A stretch of DNA of 63,605 bases, filler included, from Choristocarpus tenellus KU-1152 (lineage: Eukaryota > Protista > Phaeophyceae), in assembly GCA_964200185.2 (NCBI GenBank). It is 9 parts of 9 records of this genome, joined end to end, with 100 filler letters (N's around TTAATTAATTAA, not from the genome) between each part and the next. Parts side by side here need not be neighbours in the genome. Positions count along the whole stretch, not along the records: positions 12,327 to 17,533 come from CAXNAD020011504.1; positions 17,634 to 23,316 come from CAXNAD020010025.1; positions 23,417 to 27,212 come from CAXNAD020017875.1; 6 more parts are not named here. One strand, written 5' to 3'. Each line of letters starts with the position of its first letter. Position 1 is the stretch's first letter. The position numbers and the translations under genes are program-made. Shown one piece after another: positions 13,716 to 26,332 of the stretch. The notes under the pieces are model-generated. The model was not told the origin of the DNA. It saw only the letters and a list, made by a program, of their open reading frames with translations, and ran no database searches.

Positions 13716-14290
13716 CTAGTTGGCCCTGACATATGCCATGAATGCACTCCACTTCCTTCTCCCTTCCCTCTGTATTACTGTCTCTGATACCCCCATGGTT
13801 GCCAACCTCGTGACTCCCCCTATCATACCCGAATTCAGGGCATACTCTTCTGGTCTCAGCTTGAGCTCCTTTACTATTCTTCTCAGAACACATGTTGCTT
13901 GGCCCCTCGTTATCACCCTCCACCTCTCTCCCTCCCTGAAAGCCATCAGTGGGGCATCAGGGAGGAGCTCTGGGAAGCATTCCATGATTGCTAGTACCAC
14001 CTCAAGGCCTCCCACCTCAAAGCCTCCCATACTATCTTCCCCTCTTTTCTTCTCCACTCCAAACCTTGTCAACACTACTCCGTTCCTGCCCTGGTCTCCT
14101 TTTAACCCCATTAATGTTACCTCAACTTTTCTGCTTGGTGTCTATCCTCCCACCGTAGTCTCTCCTCCCTCTCCTCCATACTACATCCCTTCTCCTTACC
14201 GCAAACTCACCATGCACCCCCTCCCCTTCATCATAAACTCATAGCTCTGATGCTCTAGCTAAGAAAAGAGCGAGAACCCCAATCCTAGCC
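13716..14290 (-). pseudogene. Tyrosine recombinase remnant (DIRS/Ngaro- or Crypton-like)
   Basis: LFFLARASEL (catalytic R), KGDQGRNG, EEYALNSGMIGGVTRLATMG (decayed HSxRIGGAT), IQREGRRKWSAFMAYVR (decayed GRWKS..Y). Contains stops and frameshifts. Confidence 0.85.
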
Positions 14291-14329
14291 TTGTCAATTC
14301 ACCCTCCCTTCCTAACATTTCAGTACAGT

Positions 14330-15740
14330 GCTTTGTTTCTACGATCATTTGTTACAGGCACCCCTCAGAACTCACCTTCACAGGATATGCAACTCAAATC
14401 CAACGACCTTAAAACGACGCTACGAGGGAGGTCCACAGATGATAACCACATACGGTGTCAGTGGATGCTTAGCTCAGTCAATGTCTCACTTTTCGCTTTA
14501 TCGAAAGAGGTAAGATCAAGAACTGAAGGTTGTGGTGAGCCTTCAGTCTGTTTTTAACTTTCATCCACCACCTTTCTACAGACAAAGAGTTAAATGAAGT
14601 CTGCAAACTGCTATGTAGATACTTCAACCATCAATCTTTATTGTGCAACTTTCAAGAATTGAAATCTATTCTGTGAGATTATGCAGATTTCTAATCTTAC
14701 TCTGCATCTTCTTTCAATTCAAAGTTCCTCTTGCATGAATTCTTACGTATGTATACTGTTCGCGCATTTTGGCACGCAGAAAGAAATGCTCACGCTATTC
14801 ACCTGTAGCATGCCCCCCAGTGTGAACTAGCAACACATGTTTCACGCTTACCACAAGCAATTGTCACTGGTGAAGGTAATAGAGTGAAGCTATCTTAGAG
14901 GGTACGATTTTTTCCCTGTTTGTCCATTTGTGGGGCTTGGCTTCCCATGTTAGGTAAAATGTATACGTTATGAAAGATTTGTGTCGGAAACATAGATATT
15001 GACACTTCCTATCAAACACGATAGCGAAAATTACATCAAAATCACAACATTGCATTTCGACCCCCAAATGGACGTGGCTCTACCCTCTAAGATCATTTGA
15101 TTCAATAGATATCTTTAATCACCTCAGTTCATCCCGTGGGAAGGAGAAAGAAATAATGAAAAAACACCTGACTCCTACTAGGTCCAAAACATATATCCCT
15201 ATTGACTTGGAAAAATCTGTCTGTATCTAGCCAAATCGGAGTATACATTTACTCTTTCTAAAGTACAGCTACCCTAAGGTGTCAAGTATCATCTGATCAT
15301 TGCCTGTCTCTTGCCCCCCAAGCACTAAGCATACTGACAGCTGCTAGTGCGTAACACAGGCAATAACATCAACGTCTGTCTCCATGAAAAACGCAAAAGA
15401 AAATAAAAAAATAAAAAAAGGAGGGAGGGAAAGAGGAGGGAGGGAAAGAGGAGGGAGGGAAAGATGAGGAAGAACTTAAGCAATGTACAGCAAAGTAAGT
15501 GCAACTATACGGAGGTACCAGAGCTGACAGAGAGAAAAGGAAAGAAAACAAATAATAAATGAAAAAAAACAAATTAAAAAACAAGAAGGGATAAATAAAT
15601 ATTAATAATGCAAAAAAATAAGAAAAGGGAAAGGAGAGAAAAAAAAAGAGAAACAAAAGCACCCTATGTAAACTACTACCTGGGCTAATATGGGTTACTC
15701 CATGTTTCTGACTTCTCCTGCCTTACGTTCTGTGGGGACT
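14330..15740 (+). repeat. Dispersed repeat, probable 3' region of a gypsy element
   Basis: Colinear with the reverse complement of ~30770-31990, which lies just downstream of a gypsy chromodomain. Confidence 0.7.
14882..15103 (+). mobile_element. MITE family A (internal deletion)
   Basis: Family A TIRs; AATA duplicated on both flanks. Confidence 0.85.
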
Positions 15741-15832
15741 AGGACTGTCGATGTTTGATTCCTGTGTTCTTACATGAATCGGTTAGTCCTAACGTACCTT
15801 GCCTTCTGGGTGTATAGTGGATATCTGTTGGA

Positions 15833-17330
15833 TCATTTTGGGGAGAAGCGGCTCATTTCGCTTTTGTTCAATTCCTCCCAATCCCCATCATTAAACGGTA
15901 CCCTCCAGTAAGGTGACTTGAAGTCAAAAGCTGTACCTATGTACCACTTATCCCTTCCCTTCTCGTCTTCCCATGACTTCTTGACAGTGGCACCTTTGGG
16001 GAAAAGGCACAATGCATCTTCCCTAGACAAGGGTTTTTCTTGGCGATAGGTGTCAGTAGAACGTGGACTCGTGTCTGGATTATAGAGATCCCAGAGGGCA
16101 TGGAAGACATCTAACTGTAGTAGGGTGAAGCTATCCATAGCCTCTTTCTCGGTTACCTAGTCTGGCAACTCTCCATACTGATACTTTCCCCGGTACTCCC
16201 AGTGCCATACGTAGGATGGCGACAATACTGCTTTTCTATCAGTGAGAGTGTAAATGGGAGTTGCTACCACTGATTGTTCTGATAGACCCAGGTCCGACCC
16301 CCACACTAGTTGAGCATATTCCTCTTGGAAGCTACGTCTCAGATGGATGGACCTTACGTGCAAGGGTTTCACATAAGAAGCAGGAACATTACGAGTGCGT
16401 GTTTGCCTACCTAGCAGTTTGACTGTAATGCTAATTCTCTGTTGTGAAATTTTCTTCACAGTCCATGGTCCAGTCCATCTTTCATGGACTAGCTTCCTGG
16501 CTAATCTTGTCTCATCTAGTCTTTCCCCATGGATAGAGCTGTCCGCTTCTTCTACTAGAACTAGGTCACCTGGTTTAGATCCTAGTCCTGGGGAAGACCG
16601 AGCAATCAAAGCATTGGTCCTTTCTCTGTATTTCTGTATTGTGGACGTCCGTCTCTCCAGGACTTCTCGTACCTCCCTGAAGTTCTGTCTGCGTTGCTCA
16701 ATAAAGGAATCCAGTCTTCCAACCTCTACGTCCCCATCTACCTTGGGTATGGCGGTGTCTATCTGAGTGCGGGGATCACGACCAAAAAAGACTCGGAATG
16801 GGGTGGGGTTGAGGGGGTCAGATGGGTCTGGAGTAGTGTGTTGTGCCCAACACGCCGGAGATACATACTCATCCTATCTATCTGGCCACTTCACACATAG
16901 TTCCGACAGGGCTTCTAAAAGCAGACCTCCCGTCTTTTCCACTCCCCCTTGTCCTCTCGAGTTATCAGTTGGTCCGTAATTGATAGGGACCTTCAGCCAA
17001 CGACAAAGGCGATTCATTATATCTCATGTGAACTCTCCTCCTGCATCACTACGAATTGACAATGGGATACCAAATGTAAGACATAATTCCAACAAGTTTG
17101 TTGCTACTCCAGTTGCTTCCTTTTGACGCCATTGGGAATGCAATAGGGAATCTCGAAGCCCTGTCAATCACAATTATTAGATATTTGTTGCCTTTTGCTG
17201 AGATGTGCCCCACATCTTTTATATCCACCTCAAGTAAATCCCATGGTTCCAGGAGCTTGGCTAGCAGCATTGCCACTTGTGCGCTCCTAGTCCTCTTTCG
17301 TCTGCGACAGCCACAGGAAAAAACATAATC
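15833..17330 (-). mobile_element. Ty3/gypsy integrase pseudogene with chromo-like and Tudor-like C-terminus
   Basis: PWDLLEVDI..GNKYLIIVIDRASRFPIAFP and RSDAGGEF (rve core); KLVHERWTGPWTV (GPY/F-like); FPKGATVKK..WYIGT..YWRVPFNDGDWEEL. Frameshifts and stops present. Confidence 0.85.
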
Positions 17331-18080
17331 CTGCGTGTTAAAGAATTTGGTGTCCCCAAGACTTGTGCGTGTAAATAACTCGATTATTTCCTCATTATGT
17401 AGAACAGGTTGTACATGAAGTGTAAGGAAGGTGTAAGAAAAGGAGAGTGAGCTTCAAACACCATAGGGGGTGTCATTGCCACAAAATCAATTCTATTCCG
17501 TGAATGACTAATCAAAGTAATCTGAAATTACTTNNNNNNNNNNNNNNNNNNNNNNNNNNNNNNNNNNNNNNNNNNNNTTAATTAATTAANNNNNNNNNNN
17601 NNNNNNNNNNNNNNNNNNNNNNNNNNNNNNNNNTGACCGTTAAGAAAAAATTTTGACAGTCCCCCTTCCCCCCCCCCCCCAGAGACGCTTTAAATACATC
17701 ACAACTATCACTATCATGTGGTGAACTGATGCCCCCGGAGTTAATCCTGCTTGTCAGTGACGTTGTTGTTGTGAAGCGAATAATATGCCATTGGTGATTT
17801 ATTCTTTTTTTTACAGTTACGACTCGAGATCGCACTGAGGAGATAACCTCTAGGTAGGGAGGGAGGGAGGGAGGGGAGGTTAGGTAGGTGGGGGTTGTTC
17901 TTGTGCATTCAATCGCATAGAAACGTGTGTGTGTGTGTGTGCGCGCTATAGGCGCTCTCGTTGACTCAGCCGAGACCGAGACTGAAATAAATAGTAAAAA
18001 AAATGGAATATAAAATGGATTTAAAAGAGAGAGACAGAGAGATGTTATTGTTGTAATGACTGGCAGATGTCTTCTTCACC

Positions 18081-18115
<35 letters not shown>

Positions 18116-18174
18116 ATATACATGCACCATGTATTTTGCATCTGTTTATTGTTTATTGTTTATCAGCCGCATAG

Positions 18175-18296
18175 GTTCAGTCTTCGTGCTGCTATCAATT
18201 CATTCGTGGATTATCGATTTACTACCGTGAGGAGGAGGTCGGCCTTCCTGCTCTCCAAGGTGAGAAAAAAAGAAGGAAAAAGAATAATTTTACAAT

Positions 18297-18338
<42 letters not shown>

Positions 18339-20964
18339 AAATTGTTCTGCTGTCTGCGTGTGCCTGTCGGCCTGCGTTCGTCCTTCAACGTTTATTCATT
18401 GGGGATTTTTTTGTTTATTTTATTTTATTTTGTTTTATTATATTTCATTCAAAGTGTTCGAAATTTTGAAAGGATCGCTTGCTCTCTTTTTAACATTTTT
18501 TTGTATATATTTTTTTTTCTTAGAAAATGTTTTGCGGTTGTGGTTGCAATGTTTTTTTTATCTGGAGAGATTGAGATTTAAAAAAAGAAAAGAAAAAGAG
18601 AAGAGGATGGATCGGTTATTGTCTGCATCTACTTTAGAATTTATTCGAATTGTTGTTTTGGTAATAATTTCAATTTTTTAATTATTATTTTACATGCTCT
18701 ACTACGGTTCAAGTTTTTCCCCGAAGAATCAGAATATTATTATTATTATTATTATTTGAGTTTTTGTTTGTTAGTGATCTGTATTCACCTGCAATTTTTT
18801 TTTATTTGATGATTTATTTTTCTTGTGAATACGAATCGAGGAGGGTGTTTTAATGATGTCAGTTTTTTTTGTTTTTATTCATTTTAAAAATATATATACT
18901 CTACATTTCGTTCTATGAAGGTAGTCTTTAAAATAGGTATCGTCCACAATACTGCATTTTGTGCTGAGTCTATAAATATATTTATTTATCTAAATATATA
19001 TATATATATATGTATGTATATATTTTGCAGCATTTATTTATTTATTTGCTACAATTACGTATTGTGTAGGTCCTGGTGGGGGGAGGACAAGGGTGATGGC
19101 GTGTGTTTGATTTTTTTTAAATAAAATTTTTATCTGCGACAGAAAGAATTTTTGTTTTTTGGAGATGTTTGTTGCTTATTGGTGGGGAAAAAAAGTGGAA
19201 AAAAGCGGAAATGAAGAAATATAAATATTTTTTATTATGAAGGTAACAAACATATCCTCAATTTTTTTTTCTTTGAAGGATGTCGTGTTGTCAAAAAAAA
19301 AAAAGAAAAAACTAGAAAAATTTTTAGTTATTTTCCGCTCAAGGGAACTGAAACATCTCGATATTTGTTTTCTCACTATTTTTTTTTTACCCTCTATTTT
19401 TTGTGTAAGAAAAGAGATCGCTAAAGGTTGTGAGAAGAATGAATAGAATTTATTTTTTATTTGGTAATTAATGTTATGTATTTTTTGTGTTGATTTTGAT
19501 GGGATAAATAATAATTTTAATACAGCGCAGCAAAGTGCAGAGCTGGAAAAATAAATAAATAACATTTTCTTAATAGTATGTGTGTATCGCCAAGTGATAA
19601 AGAAAAAGAGTGATTGAAATCTTTTTTTTATCAAGAAAAAATAAATATACATACATAAGAATGTATGTCTATGTATATGGGTTAACGTGTCTGGGGGGGG
19701 TTGGCGGCTGTACATCTGAGGCCATTTTTTTTTCTGTCACTATTTTTGTGTGATTTGGTTGCATACGTTGGATGGATAATAATGTAAGTTCACTTTTTCT
19801 GGTTATGACCCAAATGGACACCCTGGTGTCGACCCCTTCCTCCCTCCCCCCACATACTTTAGGTCATATATATGTATATAGTTATGGTGTAGAGCTGGAG
19901 GGTGATTTCTGCCTCTCAAATACACACTACTACAAAAAACGAACTACTACAACTAGTACCAGTATGTAGTGGGTGTACTACTATTTATGGATACACTTAT
20001 TTATTTATTTATTTGAACAATATTTTTTTTACAAAAGGTGACCGTTCGAAAAACAATATTAATTTTTTTACAATGTTTTTTTGAAAACGTCGTATCCGCT
20101 CTCATTGTTTTTTCTTTTTAAACTGAATGTTGAACTTGAACTTGAAATCTTATTTGTCGGTGAAGTTGAACTTGAAGAGACAAACTCCCCCCGGAAAAGA
20201 GGAGCGGTGGAAGGACGTGAGCGGTTTGAAGAGATTTTTTTTTTAAAAGAAAAGATAAAAAGGTTCAAAAATATATATTTATTTATTTGATGAGTCAAGT
20301 CTTACGAAGATTCGTTCCCCCTACTCCACCCCCACCCCCCCCCCACGGGGGATCTGAGATGGTTTCCCCTTGAAATCTTTGTTGCTGCTGTTGTTGATGC
20401 GGTGGACAGGTTACAGCCCGTGAGCACATCTTGCAGGGAATGCTTCTAGCTCTGGGGAAGATCGATGATGTCATCGGTGTGGTCAGAGAGAGGTGCTACT
20501 GCGAGGGGCTGAATATGGCGATGTAGTGATGGCTGGCTAGTTCAAGTTGTGTTTTTATTTGTTTTGTTATTTATTTATTTTGAAAAAAAGAAAAAAAGAA
20601 AAAAAAAGTTTTCGGTTCTCGGTCGGAAGGAAGGAAGTGTGGCACGACTTAGAAAGAAATAAAAATAAAAATAAACTGTTTGGGGTTGGAAAGATGTGTG
20701 TTAGGGGGTGTGGAGGAGTTGCTTGCACTGTCCAAAGGTTAAATGTGTAGTAGGGTGGGGGGGGGTTACGGTTGGACTGACTGCCTTGCCTCTCGGGTCG
20801 GCATTGTGTTGGAAACGTATGAATTTTTGTCGGTTGCCTGTCCTAAATCATCATAATAATAATAATAATAGTAAATAATTCTTCTGTTCTGTTTCTTTTA
20901 ACCCTAGCACTTTCCTTCCTTACCCCTTCGATATAAAATGCCTCCTTATAAGTTGGAACTCTCA

Positions 20965-21027
<63 letters not shown>

Positions 21028-22516
21028 CACACACACTTGCTTCTCCCCACCAATCCATGCTTTGTCTGGTGCTGGATATAGTTTTTTAATTTTTTTTTAA
21101 TGATTTTAAAAAAATATACACGTGCACATCACATGTATAACTTTTGGATGTACGTGTGTCTCACTGTGTATTTGTTTTTTGTTTTGTCTTTTCGGGGGGG
21201 GGGGGGGAATTTTGTTTTCGGGGAAGTTGTGCCCTGGCCCACGGCGGGCCCCAGGGGAGGGGAGTTTGGGCTGTCGGGGGGTCAGAGGGGGGAANNNNNN
21301 NNNNTGTATAACTTTTGGTTGTCCCTGTGTCTTCCTTTGTTTTTTTTTTTTTTTTTGCTTTTCGGGGGGGGGGGGGAATTTTGTTTTCAGCGAAGATTCG
21401 GCCTCGGCAAAGGCGGGCCTCATGGGAGAGGCGTTTGGGCTGTCGGAGGATCAGGCAGAGGCCATCCTGGGCCTCCGCTTGGGGCGCTTGACATCTATGG
21501 AGGAAGAGAATCTCAGGAAGGAGTTGGTAGAGGTGCAGGCGGATATGACGAGGTGATTGATGTTTGTTAACTCTCTGCCAGGATGGGGGTTGTGAAGTAG
21601 GGAGGGGGTGGTGCTGTGATAAGTGGGAAGGCGAAGCATTTTTAGGGGGGGATTAGAGTTAGGGTCATAATATTTGTTGCTGTTCGGACCGAAGGGTTAG
21701 GGTTAGGGGTGGAGCTCAAGGTGGGATTAGGTTTAGGGTTTTGTGGTTAGGTTTAGGACTGAAGGTGGAGTTGGGGCTATGAGTGGTTAGGGTTAGGGTT
21801 GTAGAGGCGAAGCAGCCAGCCAAGAGAGGAGGGTGATGCCTGTTTTTTTTTGTAAGATTTGCACTGGCTTTTTTTTGTTCTTGAATCGCAGGGTCAGTTC
21901 GTTGCTGTTGTGAACCTCCAGAATGAGATATTGCTATTCTTTGTAGGAAAGTAGGTACATACATAACATACATACATACGTATACGTGTGTATGTCGAAA
22001 AACCCGGTCCATTTTATTTATTCTGAATTACTCTATCTTGATTGGTACACAGTGTACCATTGGGCAGTGATTGTCGTTTTTTTAATTTGAGATTTTTGAA
22101 AAAGGTTGTTTGTGTTTCCATTTTCCTACTGGTCATACCTGGGTGGATTTTGTGAGTTCAATTCCCTTTATGGCCAGACCTTTTTTTTCAACATTTTTGT
22201 TTTGGAGGAGGAATTGGGGCATAGGGGTATATATACAGTGAATACGTATATTCACTGTCTGGTGTGTAGCGACAAATAATAAGTATATAATTAAATAATG
22301 ATAATAATAATAGTTTGTATTGTGTTAGAGTTAGGGAGAGCACGATGCAGTGTGTCCTCATGGGGTGTGATTGACATGAGCCTATGCAATAAGTTGAGTC
22401 AAAATCTCTGTTTTGTCAGAATAAAAAATTCCAGTCATACCTTTTGCCATGTATACTGTATACTCATTACATGTGTGGTGCTGATTATGTGGAACTTCAA
22501 GTTACCCCCAAATCCC

Positions 22517-22548
<32 letters not shown>

Positions 22549-22561
22549 ACCCCCCCCTTTT

Positions 22562-22631
<70 letters not shown>

Positions 22632-22909
22632 CTTATGTNNNTGTTTTTTTGAAAATCCAATCTTCCCCCCAAACCCCCCCCCCCCCCCCCCCCCCGCCGC
22701 ATCTGGTGTCTCTTTTTTTTGCTTGAAATTATTTGTTATAATTATTAATATTATTATTATTTGTTCCCGGATGATTTTTTTTCTTTTTTACAGACTTCAA
22801 CGGCTGATGGAAGAGGACGACCAGGTGTTCGACATGGTGGTGAAGGAGATGGAAGAGCTCAAAAGGGTGCATGCTGTGCCTAGGAGGTCATTGATCAAGC
22901 CTGAAGAGG
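18175..22909 (+). CDS. gyrA: DNA gyrase subunit A (organellar), four internal exons
   Basis: GT-AG exons 18175-18259, 20410-20492, 21391-21552 and 22794-22909 splice in phase: FSLRAAINSFVDYRFTTVRRRSAFLLSK-VTAREHILQGMLLALGKIDDVIGVVRES-...FGLSEDQAEAILGLRLGRLTSMEE...-...KEMEELKRVHAVPRRSLI, the GyrA coiled-coil/C-gate region. Both ends lie outside the contig. Confidence 0.92.
19679..19865 (-). mobile_element. MITE family B in gyrA intron
   Basis: Colinear with 13274-13453. Confidence 0.75.
20966..21036. repeat. (CA)n microsatellite
   Basis: Directly visible. Confidence 0.95.
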
Positions 22910-23479
22910 GTGAGTGTTGTGTGGGTGGGTGTGGGTGTGTTAGTGTTTGTATTTTAATGTCTTTTGTGTCTGTTACTTGGAGGGAGGTTAATGTTGATAA
23001 AAGGAATGAAGGCGTTATTTATGTGGTGGAAGGGTATTGTTTTAGTTCATTCAGTGGGAGAAATTGGTTGTGAATGTTTGAAGTGTAGGAGGATGAGTTG
23101 ATGTTTCATAGGGGGGGGAGGAAATGGAAATTGTAGTAGGGTGTTTTTTTTTATTATAGGGAAAGTTTTTGTTCTCTTCTAAGGGACGATTAAATAAATG
23201 TACTACATGTAAGGGAAAATATTATTTTATTTTTTAGATTGGGGGGGTACAATTTTTCTATGACAAGCAAACATAGTGTGGAAAAAACTATATTAATGAC
23301 TCAAAGTATCTGGGGGNNNNNNNNNNNNNNNNNNNNNNNNNNNNNNNNNNNNNNNNNNNNTTAATTAATTAANNNNNNNNNNNNNNNNNNNNNNNNNNNN
23401 NNNNNNNNNNNNNNNNGATTTATTTCTTTTCAGTGAGTTCAATAGCTGGTTGTTTCCTTGTATTGCAGGATTGACCTGA

Positions 23480-25230
23480 AGAGTCTAATCGAACAGGGAG
23501 CTGTCAAGATTATATTCCTACTTAAGATAAATCGAACAGCCGAGGGGACCATCAAGCAGTTCAAGGCCAGGATGGTGGCACAGGGTTTTACTCAACGGGA
23601 GGGTGTGGATTACCTTCAATACGTTCAGAGTTGTTCAATGTAACCAGGACAGTCTTAGCGATAGCAGCAGCAGCTCGCAATTGGGAGATGCACTCACTGG
23701 AGTTTATGCAAGGCTACCTTGATGCTACCTGAGGAAGTATGGTTGCAACTGTTGTCTGACGGAATGGTTGTCAAGGCCGCAAATAATGATATTTACGGTT
23801 TGAAGCAATCGACCCATGAATAGTACAAGGACCTAAAGGGGACGATTTTCAACGATGGTTGGAGCATCAGCCAGTTTGATGATTGCTTGTACTTCAAGTG
23901 GAGCAAGGATGGGCGAATCACCACCCTATCCCAATATGTGGACAACACCTCCCTCACCGAGGACTACATGTAAGGATGAAATCACAACTGCTCGAAGAAG
24001 TATGAAGGGAAGAACTTTGGCACCCCTGATAAGTTGGTCGGAGTGGCGATTGACAGAGACAACACTGGTATCACGATAGATCAACATTTTTTTGCAGAGA
24101 GTATTGTCACAAAAGGCATGGGTTCAACAGAGGTACTGTCAATGAGATCACCATTGGAGCCAGGAATGGACTTGAAACCATGACGTGAGGACGGGGAGGA
24201 ACTAAATCCAGAACATTAACCCTATCGCACTATGTTGGGGAAACTAAATTTCCTTACAGGAATGACGCGACTGGATCTCTCCAGCTCTGTGAGGTAACTA
24301 GGTCGCACTGCTTCATCACCATACATGCGGCATTGGAAGGGACTAGAACATGAACCACGTTGCGTTTGTAGGTTCCACCAATGTGGGGATACACTATTCC
24401 ACTGAAGGAGAGAGAGACAACAAAGGGCTTATCGGGTATGGAGACTCGGACTGGGCCAGCGATCCGGTATCAAGACGGAATGTCATAGGATATCTACTCC
24501 TATTCACTGGAACACCAGCGGCATGGAAGTCAAAATTTCCAGGAGCTGTAACCACATCTACCTCAGAAGCAGAATGGGATAAGACACGTAAAATTTATCA
24601 GAGGAATCCTGGGGAAGCTCAGCGTATCACAAGGGGTTAGTACTTGGTATGTGTGCAGAATACGATATGAATTACAGTAATATGTAACCAAAAACATTCA
24701 GGATCATGGTTCATATCTTAGTGGGATATTTGTAGAGAATCACTTCTGGGTTTTGATGTCCACATGTTCGAGACGTTTTTTTGTATATTGATGTAGTGTT
24801 CTAGAAGTGTTACAAGTGTTCAGGGTTGGTGATTCTTTATAGGAGCAATGGGTGCTAAACCAAATCTATCCCACCATCTACAATAATATCACTCTTCTTT
24901 TCAACCATCTCATCACGTTTCAGCAAAGGGGAATCGTGTAAGGCTCCCATCTCGTTTTTCTCTCTTCTTCCATACTGATACAAACAACAGTCTAGCTCTC
25001 CACACTAACCCTAACCGAGGTGCAATACAGGCAGGGACAACCATAGTGTTCAATGGAAGAGCAAGGCATGTAGACGTAAGGTTAAAATGCCCAAGGGAAT
25101 ACGTGAGCCAAGTATTTTTTGTAGTGTGGACATACCTACTACTGCTCTGGAACTTGCTGATATATTAACAAAGCAACTACAGAAGAAGCAAAGAGATGAC
25201 TTGGTACACGCTGCATTACTAAGATGAATA
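23480..25230 (+). mobile_element. Ty1/copia RT-RNase H pseudogene
   Basis: FKARMVAQGFTQREGVDY, IYGLKQS, QYVD, LIGYGDSDWASDPVSRRNVIGY, RARHVDVR and LADILTK in canonical order, with stops and frameshifts. Confidence 0.92.
24652..24925 (+). repeat. LTR copy interrupting the copia RNase H
   Basis: TG...CA; diverged direct repeat of 25287-25537. Confidence 0.75.
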
Positions 25231-25286
25231 TGCTGTGTGAAAGTTGAAGCAATCTGTTTTCTTTTACTTCAACTCTTATGGGGGAG

Positions 25287-25537
25287 TGTGCAGAATACGA
25301 TACAAATTACAGTATTATGTAACCGAAAGCATTCAGGGTCATGGTTCATATCTTATTAGGATGTTTAAAGTGAACCAATCCTGGGTTTTGATGTCCACGT
25401 GTTCGAGACGTTTTATTTCTATATCTTGGAGCATTCTAGAACATTGTAAGTGTTCAGTTATAGTGATTCCTTCTAGAAGCAACAGGTGTTAAACCGAGCC
25501 CCACCATCTACAATATTATCACCCTTCTCTTTTCAAG
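25287..25537 (+). repeat. 3' LTR of the copia element (truncated)
   Basis: Starts TGTG immediately after a polypurine tract (GGGGGAG) downstream of RNase H; homologous to 24652-24925. Confidence 0.8.
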
Positions 25538-25724
25538 ATTCCTGATAAGGAACCTCAATTGGTATAACGGTATATGACATGCGGCAATAACGATACGATA
25601 ACAGAAACCCTGATTTGCACAATTATAGAGTCTGTCACAACAAAATTGGTTCTATGAAGATGTGTCATGCGTTTTAACCTGGAGGCACAAGATAGGCAAG
25701 GAGGCGCGTGTCAGATTATTGGGA

Positions 25725-25990
25725 TGCTAGCTCCTCACCCTGAGGTTTATGGTTAAGCTAGGTTGGAGACACAGGAGGGGAGTGGTGTAGCATAGATGGT
25801 AATAGAACAGTAAATAGATGATAGAAAAAATACCGTTCACATTTACGACAACTGTTACTTTCACAGGGGTTATATTGATATTGAAATGGCTTTCATTCAT
25901 TTTTCCCCTCACACATCTACAAAATACAATAATACATATTATATTATTATTATTCTATTCAAGATTTTTCAAACATGTCAGGGAAAAAGC
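25725..25990 (+). repeat. Dispersed repeat family C with AT-loop palindrome
   Basis: Homologous to ~53950-54080 and ~55740-56050. Confidence 0.7.
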
Positions 25991-26332
25991 CAAACTGCCC
26001 AGTAAGCGCTACGGGGTATGCACAAGTAGAAGGATATATGCTATATATCGAGGCAGGTGAAGTGGTAGCTTATTAAGTGGAGTACAGTGATGCAATCGCA
26101 CAACTAGCTTGGTTGACGATGTAAGCATGTTAGGGCATCATCTGCAACCAGCATTATAGCAAAGACAGGCTATATCGCTATTCAATTTAAGGTCATTGCC
26201 ACAATGATGCGTATCCTCTTTTTGATGTTGAGAGAGTAGTCTTGCAACGTGTATTGCTGCCAGCTTGCATTAAGCCATATATTTTCTACCTCTTTTTTAT
26301 GAAAAGCAGTAATAATCCCAAACCAGCACCAT

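Noticed and set aside
17817-17853. AG..GT-bounded mini-exon upstream of gyrA exon
   Set aside because: Phase-compatible, but the peptide does not resemble the expected GyrA segment.
18300-20300. Long F/I/L/K-rich ORFs in the supplied track
   Set aside because: By-products of AT-rich, low-complexity intron sequence.
21130-21460. Apparent duplicated gyrA exon start around a 10-N gap (similar cases at 22495-22720 and 62480-62730)
   Set aside because: Low-quality read ends after poly-G/C runs on either side of a gap; assembly artefact.
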